A stretch of DNA of 64,000 nucleotides from a bacterium (lineage in GTDB: Bacteria; SAR324; NAC60-12), in the NCBI GenBank assembly GCA_965209155.1, contig OZ242383.1, positions 2,048,001-2,112,000 of the forward strand, read 5' to 3'. Shown here piece by piece: positions 18,318 through 28,860 of the stretch; within the stretch, counting starts at the first letter, position 1; the number at the start of each line of letters is the position of its first letter. Below the pieces are notes generated by a model. That model had not been told where the DNA came from, searched no databases, and saw nothing but the letters and a program-made list of their open reading frames with translations. The position numbers and the translations under genes were made by a program.

Positions 18318-19997
18318 ATGCGGACTCACGCAACAGCGATCATTATATTGAGCAGTCACCTGATTTTGTTCTCCCTGCTCAATAACCTGATCAATCCCCA
18401 TCCGGATATGCTGGATCATTGGGTGTGGTCTCAGCACTTATTCCTTTCCTATTACGAGCACCCCCCGATGGTGGCATGGGCCATTCGGCTTTTCACGACT
18501 TTTGCGGGAAATTCGGAAACAGCTCTGGAGTTCGCCGCCCTGTTTTATAATCTCCTGGTTCTGGCATTGAGTTATGGGATATGTTATCTGCTTTTTGGAA
18601 TAAGGGCGGCGGTTTTTTATTTGATTATACTGGAGTCGACGCCTTATTTTTTCATAGGATCCGTTTTTTTACACATCGACCAACCCTTTCTGGTTTTCTG
18701 GCTTCTCAATCTTTATTTTCTTTGTCGCTTTCATAAAACCCATGCGAAGCGGTGGTTGATCCTGATTGGGGTCACTGCGGGTTTGGGCGCCCTTTCCAAA
18801 TATATTACCATCTTGTTTTATCTCGGCGCGTTGATCCACCTGCTTTCCTACAAAGATCAACGTCACCATTTGAAAAATCCCTGGATTTATTTTGCAGGTT
18901 TCATTTCATTGTTGATATTCACTCCGGTCTTGATCTGGAACTTCCAAAACGACTGGATTTCCTTTCGATTCCAGATCGGTCGAGGCCTATCAGCAACTCC
19001 TTCGGTGAAAAGTTTCATTTTGTTCAGCGTGGGGCACCTGATTCTCTTTTCAATAGTTTGGTCATGGTGGAGTATATACCAGGTTTGGCGGAGTCGAAGA
19101 GAGCTTCTTCCGGGGTGGAGGGATAAGTCGAAGTACCCTGAATCCATCATCGTCATTCTTTCGGCAGTCCCTTTTATTTTTTTTTCCATGGCGAGTTTTC
19201 ATGGGACAATTGCCGACCCGCACTGGCTGAATGTCAGCTACCTGGGGCTCATGATGCTGAGTGGAAAAACTTTGTCGCAAACATGGGAGCTTCATCGTGC
19301 GGAAATCAGAAAGCCATTCTCGCTTTCAACCGGTACTATTAAGATTTTGGCAGGAGGAGGATTATTCGTCAACATTGCGGTTCTCGTTTTTGTTTTTTGG
19401 CACGTCAAACAACCCCTGGTCGAATTTCCCCAATATCAGATTAAAGACTTCCACTCTTTCGCCCGTTACGGAATTTCGCAGGAGGTCACCGGTAAATTGC
19501 AGGTGCTTAAAAATGAACCACTTTTAACGCGGGACGAATTCCTCGGTCGACTGCAGCATGCTTTAAGCAAGGAAGAACTGCAGTTATATCGAGAACGAAT
19601 TCTAAAGATTGCTATTCATCCCCATTACGATCGAATCACTCCAGTGACAGCCTGGAAAGAAACCGGGGATCAGCTAACGGCATTGTTGCAAAAGAAAGGG
19701 ATCAAATCCGTGGATTTTATTGTTTCGAGAGAATACCAGTTGAGCAGCGCGGTTTCCTTTTTTCTCCCTGACCATCCTCTTCCTCACACGGTGGAAAAAC
19801 CGGAACGCAACCAATGGAGCCGCTTGGAAGATTTAAGTGACAAACAAGGAGTTATATTATGCAGAATTCAAAGCTGCGGTCGCGTTCTTGAATGGAGCAG
19901 AAACGATTTAAAACGGGAGCCCATCCGTTGGGGGGAACTCGAAATCGTCAAAAACAATCGCCTGGTCCGTCTCTTGGAAGTTTATGGATTTGAATAA
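18318..19997 (+). CDS. ArnT/GT39-like membrane glycosyltransferase
   Basis: W...SYYEHPPMVAW, multiple TM helices, LSKY, PVLIWNFQNDWISFRFQ. Confidence 0.85.
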   Translation: MRTHATAIIILSSHLILFSLLNNLINPHPDMLDHWVWSQHLFLSYYEHPPMVAWAIRLFTTFAGNSETALEFAALFYNLLVLALSYGICYLLFGIRAAVFYLIILESTPYFFIGSVFLHIDQPFLVFWLLNLYFLCRFHKTHAKRWLILIGVTAGLGALSKYITILFYLGALIHLLSYKDQRHHLKNPWIYFAGFISLLIFTPVLIWNFQNDWISFRFQIGRGLSATPSVKSFILFSVGHLILFSIVWSWWSIYQVWRSRRELLPGWRDKSKYPESIIVILSAVPFIFFSMASFHGTIADPHWLNVSYLGLMMLSGKTLSQTWELHRAEIRKPFSLSTGTIKILAGGGLFVNIAVLVFVFWHVKQPLVEFPQYQIKDFHSFARYGISQEVTGKLQVLKNEPLLTRDEFLGRLQHALSKEELQLYRERILKIAIHPHYDRITPVTAWKETGDQLTALLQKKGIKSVDFIVSREYQLSSAVSFFLPDHPLPHTVEKPERNQWSRLEDLSDKQGVILCRIQSCGRVLEWSRNDLKREPIRWGELEIVKNNRLVRLLEVYGFE

Positions 19998-20126
19998 ATC
20001 TTCCTCGATACGGCAATGGAGCGCACTCCTGGTGTGCCTCATCACCTTCACCGTCGAAGCGAGCAGGTGTGGTATGCAAACGTATGCCGACCACCCGAGC
20101 ATTCAGGAATCTGCAAATTGGAAATC

Positions 20127-20828
20127 TCAAGATTCCTGCATTTTTCTGATACGTCGATTCATGAACTCACTAGCAGCCAAAGCTAAAAAGGAAAGCAGGA
20201 TTGAAAGCAGGAACAAGCGAAAAGTTTCATTTTCAGTGTTGGGTTGCTGAAGCAAATTGAACATTGCGAGTGGTAAGGTCATCGTTTCTCCCTGGATACT
20301 GGAGACAAAAGTGATTGTTGCTCCAAATTCACCGAGGCTGCGAGCAAAAAGGAGCAGAATACCGCTGACCAAACCCGGAACAATCAAAGGGAGCGTAACC
20401 GTAAAGAAAACTCTTACCGTGTTTGATCCAAGTGTTTTAGCGACATCTTCCAATCCCGTATCCACCGCTTCCATTGAGATCCTCAGTGCACGAACCAATA
20501 AAGGAAACGACACAACCATGGAAGCCAAAACAGCGCCTCTCCAGGAAAATGAGAAGCTGATTCCCAGATAACTATCCAGCCATTGACCGAGAATGCCTCT
20601 TTTTCCAAATAGAATGAGAAGCGCATATCCCGTCGCCGTAGGAGGCATGACAAGGGGTAAATGAATGACCACCTCCATTAGAATTTTCCCGTAAAACTGG
20701 CAACGTACCAGAATCCAGCTGCAGGCAAGACCTGGAACAATGCTAACCACGACGCACCAGAATGCTACCTTCAATGAGAGCCATAATGCCTCCTGTTCCA
20801 ATTGAGAAAGATGCAAATATTCACTCAT
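20127..20828 (-). CDS. modB: Molybdate ABC transporter permease
   Basis: LPLVMPPTATGY, FARSLGEFGATI, TLPLAMF. Confidence 0.92.
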   Translation of the reverse strand: MSEYLHLSQLEQEALWLSLKVAFWCVVVSIVPGLACSWILVRCQFYGKILMEVVIHLPLVMPPTATGYALLILFGKRGILGQWLDSYLGISFSFSWRGAVLASMVVSFPLLVRALRISMEAVDTGLEDVAKTLGSNTVRVFFTVTLPLIVPGLVSGILLLFARSLGEFGATITFVSSIQGETMTLPLAMFNLLQQPNTENETFRLFLLSILLSFLALAASEFMNRRIRKMQES

Positions 20829-20887
20829 GATTTCGTCAGGATGTCGGGAAATGGAGACGGCTCGGTCGAAGATTCCCGGGACTGGGA

Positions 20888-21358
20888 TCAACTGATCGAT
20901 TTGTGGGATTTACCGCCAGTTTTTTCCACCAAATAAGTCGCTTCAATGACCATGCTTTTAGAAACCGATTTGCACATGTCATACAAAGTGAGCGCTGCAA
21001 CGGAAGCTGCTGTGAGCGCCTCCATTTCAACTCCCGTGACTGCCGCTGTTTTGACCTCCGCTTCAATGAGGACATGCTCACCTTGCAAGACGATGTTGAT
21101 TCCGACACTGGAAAGCGGCAATGGATGGCACATGGGAATCAATTCGGCAGTCCGTTTAGCAGCCTGGATTCCCGCGACAACCGCCGTTTGAAAAACCGGC
21201 CCTTTTTTCGTACTTCCCGTTTCCCGTAACAACCGGCTCAGTTCCGAGCCAAGGCGTACGCGTGACGCGGCGACGGCTCTTCGTTCCGTAACGGATTTTG
21301 CGGAGACATCCACCATTTTTGGCAGGTCGTTGTCCGAGAGATGGCTGAATTGAGTCAT
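20888..21358 (-). CDS. moaC: Cyclic pyranopterin monophosphate synthase
   Basis: MVDVSAK, LIPMCHPL, TGVEMEALT, YDMCK, KTGGKS. Confidence 0.96.
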   Translation of the reverse strand: MTQFSHLSDNDLPKMVDVSAKSVTERRAVAASRVRLGSELSRLLRETGSTKKGPVFQTAVVAGIQAAKRTAELIPMCHPLPLSSVGINIVLQGEHVLIEAEVKTAAVTGVEMEALTAASVAALTLYDMCKSVSKSMVIEATYLVEKTGGKSHKSIS

Positions 21359-22596
21359 AATTCCATTGCCACTGTGGAGATCAAAGGGCGGACTTTCACG
21401 GAAGCGCCTTTGGGAAGGATCTCTTCGTTTTCCGGAACGACTACCAATGCATTCGCTCCTGCCAGGGAACTGAGACTATGGGATCCCTGCACCGGCAATG
21501 GCGCTACGTGAAACTGATTTTGATCTTTTCTCAAAAAGGCGCGAATAAACTGTCTCCGATCGGATTGTTCCGTGATATCGAAATCCAACTCAGCAGTTAT
21601 GAAAGAATTTTCCAGTTTGCGACGCCCCATGGCTTTGCGGATGGAGGGGCGCGCGTATTCTTCAAAAATGACATAACCGGCAGCGGGATTGCCAGGCAAA
21701 CCAAAAATCAGGGTTTTCTCGTTTTCTCCACGTTGGTGGATTGCAAAATAGAAAGGTTTTCCTGGTTTAATGCGTACTTTCCAAAAGATTTCCTCCGCAC
21801 CGATATCTACGAGCGCGTCCTTGACAAAATCCCGTTCCCCCATTGAGACGCCACCCGTGATGAGGATCAAGTCTGCCTGGAGGTGAGCGTTGAGAATTTC
21901 GTAGATCAAGCGAGGATCGTCCTTGACAATACCGACCCGGTGCGTATTGCATTGTTCTTCTCGAGCAAGGGCGGCGAGCATGTAACTGTTCACGTCACGA
22001 ATTTTTCCAGGCTCGAGAGGCAGGTCCACATCGATCAATTCACTGCCCGTGGTAATCACGACAACGTTAAGGGGCGGTTGCACCAATACCCTGGAATATC
22101 CAAAAGCTGCGAGCAAAGTGACCTGGGAGGGGCCAATTTTCTCTCCTCGAGAAAGTACGATTTGTCCTTCTTGAATATCTTCTCCCTTGAATCGAACATG
22201 CTGGTTTTTTTGAGGGGCTTGCATGAACCAGATCCGGTCTCCGTCTGCCCGTGCTTGTTCTTTCATCACGATGGTATCGGCACCGTCTGGAAGTTCTGCT
22301 CCCGTTGCAATCTGAAAACATTCTCCTTGCTCGAGAGGTTGCAGACTCCGGTCCCCGGCGGCGATAAAATCAATCATTTTCAAAGACACGGGAGCGACTT
22401 CGCTGGCATATATCAAATCTCCGGTTCTCATGGCATAACCATCCATGGCTGAATTGTCAAAGGCGGGGACCGAACAAGTGGCTTGGACGTCTTCTGCAAG
22501 GACGAACCCCAGACTTTCCTCCAATCCTATTGAAAGTGGAGCTTTTAATTGGGTGTGTTCTAAAACGATTCTTTTTGCTTCATCAGGATCGAGCAT
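21355..22596 (-). CDS. moeA: Molybdopterin molybdotransferase
   Basis: FDNSAMDGYA, TGSEL, TGGVSMG, KPGKP, GLPGNP. Confidence 0.95.
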   Translation of the reverse strand: MLDPDEAKRIVLEHTQLKAPLSIGLEESLGFVLAEDVQATCSVPAFDNSAMDGYAMRTGDLIYASEVAPVSLKMIDFIAAGDRSLQPLEQGECFQIATGAELPDGADTIVMKEQARADGDRIWFMQAPQKNQHVRFKGEDIQEGQIVLSRGEKIGPSQVTLLAAFGYSRVLVQPPLNVVVITTGSELIDVDLPLEPGKIRDVNSYMLAALAREEQCNTHRVGIVKDDPRLIYEILNAHLQADLILITGGVSMGERDFVKDALVDIGAEEIFWKVRIKPGKPFYFAIHQRGENEKTLIFGLPGNPAAGYVIFEEYARPSIRKAMGRRKLENSFITAELDFDITEQSDRRQFIRAFLRKDQNQFHVAPLPVQGSHSLSSLAGANALVVVPENEEILPKGASVKVRPLISTVAMEL

Positions 22597-22747
22597 TATT
22601 TTCTTTGCTGGAATTTAAACGAGCGTTACTCCGGGTTCAACGATAGAGTCCGAATTCCGCAGCACCATTTATTTGACTCGATTCTTACATTGAATGCGAG
22701 TGAAAGGCAATTCTGTTTTCAAGAAGAAGCGTTCCTCTTTTATTTTG

Positions 22748-25006
22748 TCAAAACAGGGATAATTCCTGCCACACTTCACTGAATTCTGCTTGAAGCAATG
22801 TATACCGCAAAGCAGGACTGGCGTTATTCACTGCCAATCGAATTGCATTTTCCATCCCGATGATGACGACAAGCTGTTTACCACGTGTCATGGCCGTGTA
22901 AAGTAAATTCCTTTGCAGCATCACATAATGATGAGTGGTCAAAGGTAAAATCACAGCCGGGTATTCACTCCCTTGAGATTTGTGAACAGAAATAGCATAG
23001 GCAAGATTGAGTTGGTCCAGCTCTTCAGTTTCATATGGAACCAATTGAGTATCAAAGCGAACAACCACACGTTTCGAGTAGGGATCACATTCAATGATAA
23101 GACCCACATCTCCATTGAAAATTTCTTTTTCATAATCATTTTGCTGTTGAATCACCTTATCTCCCACCTTGAAGACCTGATCCTTATATTCCAAAGAAAC
23201 AGTGGAACGATTGATGGTTTTCTGCAACTGTCGATTGAGGTGAATGGATCCCGTAATTCCCCGGTGCATGGGAGTGAGCACTTGAATATCTGTTTTGGGA
23301 TCAAAGGCAAAGCGTTTGGGAATCCGTTTCGTGACCAAGGTAATTATTTTTTCCACTACTTTATGCGGATCTGTTTCGCGGATGAAGTAAAAATCCAGCA
23401 AGTCTTCGGACTTTGTAAAGGAACTATTGGCTTGCGGTGAACTTTTAGCACGAATGATGGGAAAAATTCCCCGGCGAATATGATGCGCGTTGACAGTAAT
23501 CAAACTGTCAGCGGCCTGCCTGAAAATTCTTTCAAGTCTTACCACCGGTATGATTTCTGAAAGAATCAAATTCAACAATACAGCGCCTGGTCCCACCGAA
23601 GGAAGCTGATCTACGTCCCCAACCAGGATAAGCCGGGCTTCCGTTCGAATGGCGTCCAATAACGCTGCCATCAAAGGCGTGTCCACCATGGAGATTTCGT
23701 CGATAATCACCAATTCGCTTTCTATCGGATTCTCCCGGTCATTTTCAAATCCTTGTCGTGATGCTCCTAAAAGCCGGTGAATCGTCGACGCCGGGCGATG
23801 ATTGGTCTCCGCCATTCTTTTGGCTGCTCTTCCCGTGGGGGCCGCCAGCGCTACATGAGGAATATGACTGCGAACAAGCTCCAGAATGAAGCGAATAATG
23901 GTAGTTTTTCCGGTTCCTGGTCCTCCGGTGATGATTAAGACTTTGTGATTCAAAGCCGCGAGTACCGCATCCCGTTGCGCCGGGTCCAACGAAATTTTCA
24001 GTTTTTTTTCCACCCCACCAATTAACCATTCGGGCTGATCAAATTCAGTATAAGCTTCATTTTTCAGAATGCGGGAAAGATCTTCCGCAATGCGCCTTTC
24101 GGCATGATACAACCTTGGCTGGGCGATCACTTCTCGTGAAACCGGGTCTGGGGCAATCACTTTCATCGTCTTGGTCTTGAGCAAACGATCATTGAGCAAT
24201 TGCTGGATTGCCTCGATCACGATACTTTTTTCAATTCCCAAATCAACAGCAGTTTTTTCAGTGAGTAAATCTCGTGGATAACAAGTATGTCCTTGCAGGG
24301 AAAGCTGGCTCAACACATACAAAGTTCCGGCGATAGCCCGTTTTTGAGAATTGACGTCAAAACCCAGGTTGCGGGCAATCTGGTCGGCAATCTGAAAACC
24401 AATACCTTGGATCTCGGTGAGCCGGTAAGGATTGTTTTTCAACACCGGAATGGCATTCAAGCCAAAGTGTTGTAATATCTTGAGGGCTTGCGCGGAAGAA
24501 CTGCCTATTTCGTGAAGAAAAGTCAGGATATCCCGTTCACCTTTTTTTTCTTCCCATACTTCCAGGAGTTGCTTGAGTTGCTTTTTGTTGAACCTCGCAA
24601 CTTTGAGCAATTCCCGCGGAGACTCGTCAATGACCCGAAACGTTTCTTCTCCAAATTTCTTCACAATCCGGCTTGCAGTTTTTTTACCGATTCCTGGAAT
24701 ATCCGAGCTGAGATAGCGTTCAATACCCCGTGGGGATTTTGGCAAAACCGGAGCAAATTCGAGTACTGCCAATTGTTTGCCATAAATTTTATGCACTTCC
24801 CACTTCCCTTTAATTTCAACGATGGATTTTTCACCCACATTGAAGACAATGCCTTTGATGGTGATGCGTTCCTGAGTGTTTTCCGGTAAAAAGCTGGCAA
24901 TCATAAACCCGGTTTCCGGCTGCGTGTATACAATTCTCTCTAGAGATCCAACCAGGGTGACCTCCGTTCCGACGGCAGTGCGTTGATGCGATTGCTGCTG
25001 AGACAA
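22748..25006 (-). CDS. recD2: RecD2-like ATP-dependent DNA helicase
   Basis: N-terminal HhH region, GGPGTGKTT, DEISM, GDVDQLPSVG, YAISVHKSQGSE. Confidence 0.93.
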   Translation of the reverse strand: MSQQQSHQRTAVGTEVTLVGSLERIVYTQPETGFMIASFLPENTQERITIKGIVFNVGEKSIVEIKGKWEVHKIYGKQLAVLEFAPVLPKSPRGIERYLSSDIPGIGKKTASRIVKKFGEETFRVIDESPRELLKVARFNKKQLKQLLEVWEEKKGERDILTFLHEIGSSSAQALKILQHFGLNAIPVLKNNPYRLTEIQGIGFQIADQIARNLGFDVNSQKRAIAGTLYVLSQLSLQGHTCYPRDLLTEKTAVDLGIEKSIVIEAIQQLLNDRLLKTKTMKVIAPDPVSREVIAQPRLYHAERRIAEDLSRILKNEAYTEFDQPEWLIGGVEKKLKISLDPAQRDAVLAALNHKVLIITGGPGTGKTTIIRFILELVRSHIPHVALAAPTGRAAKRMAETNHRPASTIHRLLGASRQGFENDRENPIESELVIIDEISMVDTPLMAALLDAIRTEARLILVGDVDQLPSVGPGAVLLNLILSEIIPVVRLERIFRQAADSLITVNAHHIRRGIFPIIRAKSSPQANSSFTKSEDLLDFYFIRETDPHKVVEKIITLVTKRIPKRFAFDPKTDIQVLTPMHRGITGSIHLNRQLQKTINRSTVSLEYKDQVFKVGDKVIQQQNDYEKEIFNGDVGLIIECDPYSKRVVVRFDTQLVPYETEELDQLNLAYAISVHKSQGSEYPAVILPLTTHHYVMLQRNLLYTAMTRGKQLVVIIGMENAIRLAVNNASPALRYTLLQAEFSEVWQELSLF

Positions 25007-25072
25007 AATGACCTCTTTAGTGCGCAGAGAATCGAATTGAAAGCGATAAACGCTTGTTCGGGTTCGTGGCGT

Positions 25073-26077
25073 TTAATACGCCAAATTTCTCATAAAGTGG
25101 ATCCATAGCGCTTCCAACGCCAGGGAAACGTTGGCATTCAACAAGATCCGTTGCCGGGTGAGCACGACCTGATCATAAGCAATTCTGATTTTTGACGAGG
25201 GAATCTTTTGTAAACAGTCTCGAAGTTGATCCAAACGGTCCTGGTTGATCAAGTGTTCTTCCCCCAAATTGTTTGCCATCCATTCCAGATCGCGAAGCCA
25301 AAACTCTAAAAAATCGAGCATGTAGCTCCATTCTTTTTCCTTTGCGGAATTCCATATTCCAAGGGTATTGAAGATTTCTTCCATTCCTGTTACGGAAAGG
25401 TTACTGAAAAATGCAATCAAGGTTTCTCTCATATTTTGCAGCAGGTCGACCTTGGCTACCCAATCCGGACGAACCTGGCCCAAGGCAAAACGGGTAAGAA
25501 AAAGAACCTGATCCTCTGTCAGCGTTTCATGAGTTCGCAAAATTGCCAGAATATGTTTTTTACTCAACAGTCGAAAACGGAGCAAACAGCAGCGGGAAAC
25601 TATGGTTTCCGAAAGCTGTTGCGGATGTTCGGCGAGGAGAACGATAAGGGTCTGGGGAGGTGGCTCTTCCAATGTTTTGAGAAAAGCGTTTGTCGATTCC
25701 TTGTTCATTTTTTCCGCTTGGACCAAGCCCAGAACACGATAGCGCTTGGCTGCAGAACGCAGCCGCAGCCATTTGAGCGCTTCCTTGATTTGTTCGATTT
25801 TAATGAATGGACCAGTAGGTTTGATAATTGAAAATTCAGGAAAACTTTGACCGGCAATCTGCAGGCACGAGTTACATTGTCCACAGGCATCCATTCCACC
25901 AATTGAAGCTCCCGCTTGCGAACAATTGAGTGTCTGGGCCAAAGCTTGCAGGGTTTTTTGCTTGCCGATATGGTGGGCTCCGACAAACAAGAATGCTGAA
26001 GGTAACTGCTGATGCTGGATGGATTTTTTTAAATAGTCAATGGCGTCATCTTGACCAAGGACTTCAGAAAAAGCCAT
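25073..26077 (-). CDS. holB: DNA polymerase III subunit delta'
   Basis: CGQCNSC zinc motif, NAFLKTLEEPP, TIVSRC; follows tmk. Confidence 0.9.
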   Translation of the reverse strand: MAFSEVLGQDDAIDYLKKSIQHQQLPSAFLFVGAHHIGKQKTLQALAQTLNCSQAGASIGGMDACGQCNSCLQIAGQSFPEFSIIKPTGPFIKIEQIKEALKWLRLRSAAKRYRVLGLVQAEKMNKESTNAFLKTLEEPPPQTLIVLLAEHPQQLSETIVSRCCLLRFRLLSKKHILAILRTHETLTEDQVLFLTRFALGQVRPDWVAKVDLLQNMRETLIAFFSNLSVTGMEEIFNTLGIWNSAKEKEWSYMLDFLEFWLRDLEWMANNLGEEHLINQDRLDQLRDCLQKIPSSKIRIAYDQVVLTRQRILLNANVSLALEALWIHFMRNLAY

Positions 26078-26145
26078 AGACGTGTCTGTATTTGTTACAA
26101 AGTCGAATCACAAATTCGGTAGGAAACCCGCTCCTTCCGGGAATT

Positions 26146-26169
26146 CCATGTTGAAATATTTCAACATGG
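26146..26169. repeat. Perfect 24-bp palindrome in the tmk-holB intergenic region
   Basis: CCATGTTGAAAT-ATTTCAACATGG. Confidence 0.85.
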
Positions 26170-26376
26170 GATCAAAACTTTTACTGATTCTCCCGCTCTG
26201 ATTTGTTTGATAAAAAAGTCTCGGTAAACTATTTCAAAACTTTCAAAAAAGTCTGTCCTCCTTTGACTTGAAAAAGCCATTAGATTCTATAAGCCACTGA
26301 ATTTATTAGTTTCTATCTTGAGTATATCCAGTTTAACGAATATTCTTTAAAGTTTAAATATAAATTTCTTTGCAAT

Positions 26377-27042
26377 TCACAACCTGAAATGCTTCGAGAG
26401 GGCGGCAATTACAGCTTCATGCACCGTGGCAATAGAACCTGAGGCATCCACTTGGACAAAGCGATGCGGAGCTTCATTGACCAGCGCGGCATATCCATTT
26501 GCCACCCTCTCGAAGAAACTCAAGGATTCCTGTTCAAGCCGGTCCCCTTCTCCATCACGGTACCGCTCCCTGCGCGCCAGAGCCAATTGAGGAGTGATTT
26601 CCAAAAGGACTGTCACGTTCGGGCCATGAGGCTCAATCCATTCTTTCACAATGGAGTGGATTCCTTTCAAATCCAATTGCCGTCCAAATCCCTGGTAGGC
26701 GATGGTGGCGTCATGGAAACGATCACACAAAATCAATTGCCCTTTTTCCTTTGCCGGAAGGATGAGCTCGTGTAAATGTTGTAGTCTTGCCGCCAGGTAA
26801 AGCAGAAGCTCCGTTTGAACAATAAGATTGGAATTTTGCGGATCGAGGAGAATAGAGCGGATTTGCTCACTAACCATCGTCCCACCAGGCTCCCGTGTAG
26901 CCAATACGGAATATCCCCGTTCTTGAAACCATTCGCGTACTTTGTGGAGCTGCGTGGTTTTTCCACAACCGTCTAATCCTTCAAAAGTGATGAAAACTCC
27001 ACGTCCTTTGTGGTCCAACAGAAGGGGACGAGATTTTGCCAT
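26377..27042 (-). CDS. tmk: Thymidylate kinase
   Basis: FITFEGLDGCGKTTQ, TREPGG, CDRF, AYQG. Confidence 0.96.
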   Translation of the reverse strand: MAKSRPLLLDHKGRGVFITFEGLDGCGKTTQLHKVREWFQERGYSVLATREPGGTMVSEQIRSILLDPQNSNLIVQTELLLYLAARLQHLHELILPAKEKGQLILCDRFHDATIAYQGFGRQLDLKGIHSIVKEWIEPHGPNVTVLLEITPQLALARRERYRDGEGDRLEQESLSFFERVANGYAALVNEAPHRFVQVDASGSIATVHEAVIAALSKHFRL

Positions 27043-27054
27043 AAATGTCTTTCG

Positions 27055-28173
27055 TTATTCAGAATTGATCTCACAGGCCCAAGAATGTAAACAGATAAAT
27101 TTTTTAAACAAAGGCCAAAGCATCTCCGGGGTCATATTTTTATGAATAAAACTCTCTCCGATTCTGCGAATGAGGATGAAGTCTACCGAATGTTGGGAGG
27201 ATTTTTTATCATGCAAAATCAGTTCCTGAAAACAGACAAAGTCCAGAGGCGGCATTCGTACCGGAGTGATGTGAGTTTTCAAAGAAGAGACGATTTGCTG
27301 AAAGGAGGATTCTGACAGAAACTGCAATTCTCGGGAAACAAAGGTCGCAAATACCATACCGACGCCCACGGCTTCTCCATGCAGATAGGCAGAATAGCCT
27401 GTGTGCGTTTCAATCAAATGTCCTAAAGTGTGACCAAAATTCAAGGTGGCCCTCACACCGGTTTCCTTCTCGTCATGCTGAACCACGCGGGTCTTCACAA
27501 GACACGAGGCTTCAATGGCTTGTTCTAAAACATCGAGGTCCCTGTCTTCCAGAAGACAGGGATGATTCTGCAAAAAATTAAACAAGGCAGCATTATGTAT
27601 TATGCCGTGTTTGAGCAATTCGAAGTATCCGGCTTTTAGTTCACGAGGCGGAAGTGATTTTAGAAATTCTAACTCTATGCACACAAAAACAGGCTGCTTG
27701 AAAGCACCAATCGTATTTTTTCCCAGCGGATGGTTGACCGAAGTTTTTCCTCCGATGCTACTGTCCACCTGCGAGAGTAGGGTTGTAGGCACCTGGATAT
27801 ATGGAATACCACGCATGAAAGTTGCTGCGGCAAAGCCGGTCATGTCACCAACCACCCCCCCTCCGAAAGCAATCAACAATGTTTTCCGATTGGCCTGTTT
27901 CTCGAGTAGAAAATCATAAATGCGATTCAGCATTTCCATGGTTTTATAGTATTCTCCGTCTGGCACAATGCAAGTCTCCACCGGTAAATTGAGGGAAGTC
28001 AGACATTGCCGGATATGGAAAGGATATTGCGCCTGAAGTGTGGTGTTGGTCACCGCCACAATCAATTCCGGGCCAAACTTTTGGACTGCCTCCGGGAGTT
28101 GGCTTTGCAAAATACCGGAGCCGATATGGATATCATATTCGTGTCCGGGGATTTGGACTGTTAATGTTTTCAT
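27055..28173 (-). CDS. aroB: 3-dehydroquinate synthase
   Basis: GGGVVGDMTGF, PTTLLSQVDSSIGGKT, LNFGHTLGH. Confidence 0.96.
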   Translation of the reverse strand: MKTLTVQIPGHEYDIHIGSGILQSQLPEAVQKFGPELIVAVTNTTLQAQYPFHIRQCLTSLNLPVETCIVPDGEYYKTMEMLNRIYDFLLEKQANRKTLLIAFGGGVVGDMTGFAAATFMRGIPYIQVPTTLLSQVDSSIGGKTSVNHPLGKNTIGAFKQPVFVCIELEFLKSLPPRELKAGYFELLKHGIIHNAALFNFLQNHPCLLEDRDLDVLEQAIEASCLVKTRVVQHDEKETGVRATLNFGHTLGHLIETHTGYSAYLHGEAVGVGMVFATFVSRELQFLSESSFQQIVSSLKTHITPVRMPPLDFVCFQELILHDKKSSQHSVDFILIRRIGESFIHKNMTPEMLWPLFKKFICLHSWACEINSE

Positions 28174-28220
28174 AAAGACAAAGACTTTGGAACAGAAATG
28201 AATAGTGAATGATGAAACTT

Positions 28221-28838
28221 TCAGGTCGATTCAGGGAACTCGATCCATCCTTGCGCAAAGAAGTGCCAAAAAATATCTTCGATTGGAAATCCTACCACGT
28301 TGTTATAGGAGCCTCTGATCTTTTCGACCATCACGGTTCCGATCCCTTGAATGGAATATGCCCCGGCTTTGTCCAAGGGTTCTCCTGTGGCCACGTACCA
28401 ACGGATCCAATTTGTGGAGAAACGCTTGAATTTCACGTCAGTTCGGTGAGAAGCCTCAATATGCCCTCCCGACTGGGCATCCAGGAGAACATATGCGGAA
28501 TAAACCTGATGTTGTTGCCCATTCAATTTCTTTAAAATAGTACAGGCATGTTGAGCATCCCGTGGTTTTCCCAATACCTGCTGGTTGTGAAACACGGTGG
28601 TATCTCCGGAGATAATAATCGAATCGGGGAAAAATGAACTTCCCGCAACGGCCTTTTCATGCGCAATACGCAGTCCGTATGCCTGGACAGACTCACCTTG
28701 CCGTCTTGCTTCATCAACATCCGGTGTACAGCTATCAAAGGTTAAACCATAGCGTTTGAGTAATTCGTGACGTCTGGGAGAAGAAGATGCAAGGCATAGG
28801 TGACGTTTTTGAATGAATGAGGGTGCGCTGATCGACAA
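28221..28838 (-). CDS. maf: Maf-family nucleoside triphosphate pyrophosphatase
   Basis: LASSSPRR, DTTV, LGKP, DKAGAYSIQG. Confidence 0.93.
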   Translation of the reverse strand: MSISAPSFIQKRHLCLASSSPRRHELLKRYGLTFDSCTPDVDEARRQGESVQAYGLRIAHEKAVAGSSFFPDSIIISGDTTVFHNQQVLGKPRDAQHACTILKKLNGQQHQVYSAYVLLDAQSGGHIEASHRTDVKFKRFSTNWIRWYVATGEPLDKAGAYSIQGIGTVMVEKIRGSYNNVVGFPIEDIFWHFFAQGWIEFPEST

Positions 28839-28860
28839 GGTAATCTGAATGGAGATGATT

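Noticed and set aside
22597..22747. Moco riboswitch upstream of moeA, and a 14-mer (AGTGAAAGGCAATT) shared with the selB upstream region at 35715
   Set aside because: No recognisable riboswitch motif, and several 14-mer matches are expected by chance in 64 kb.
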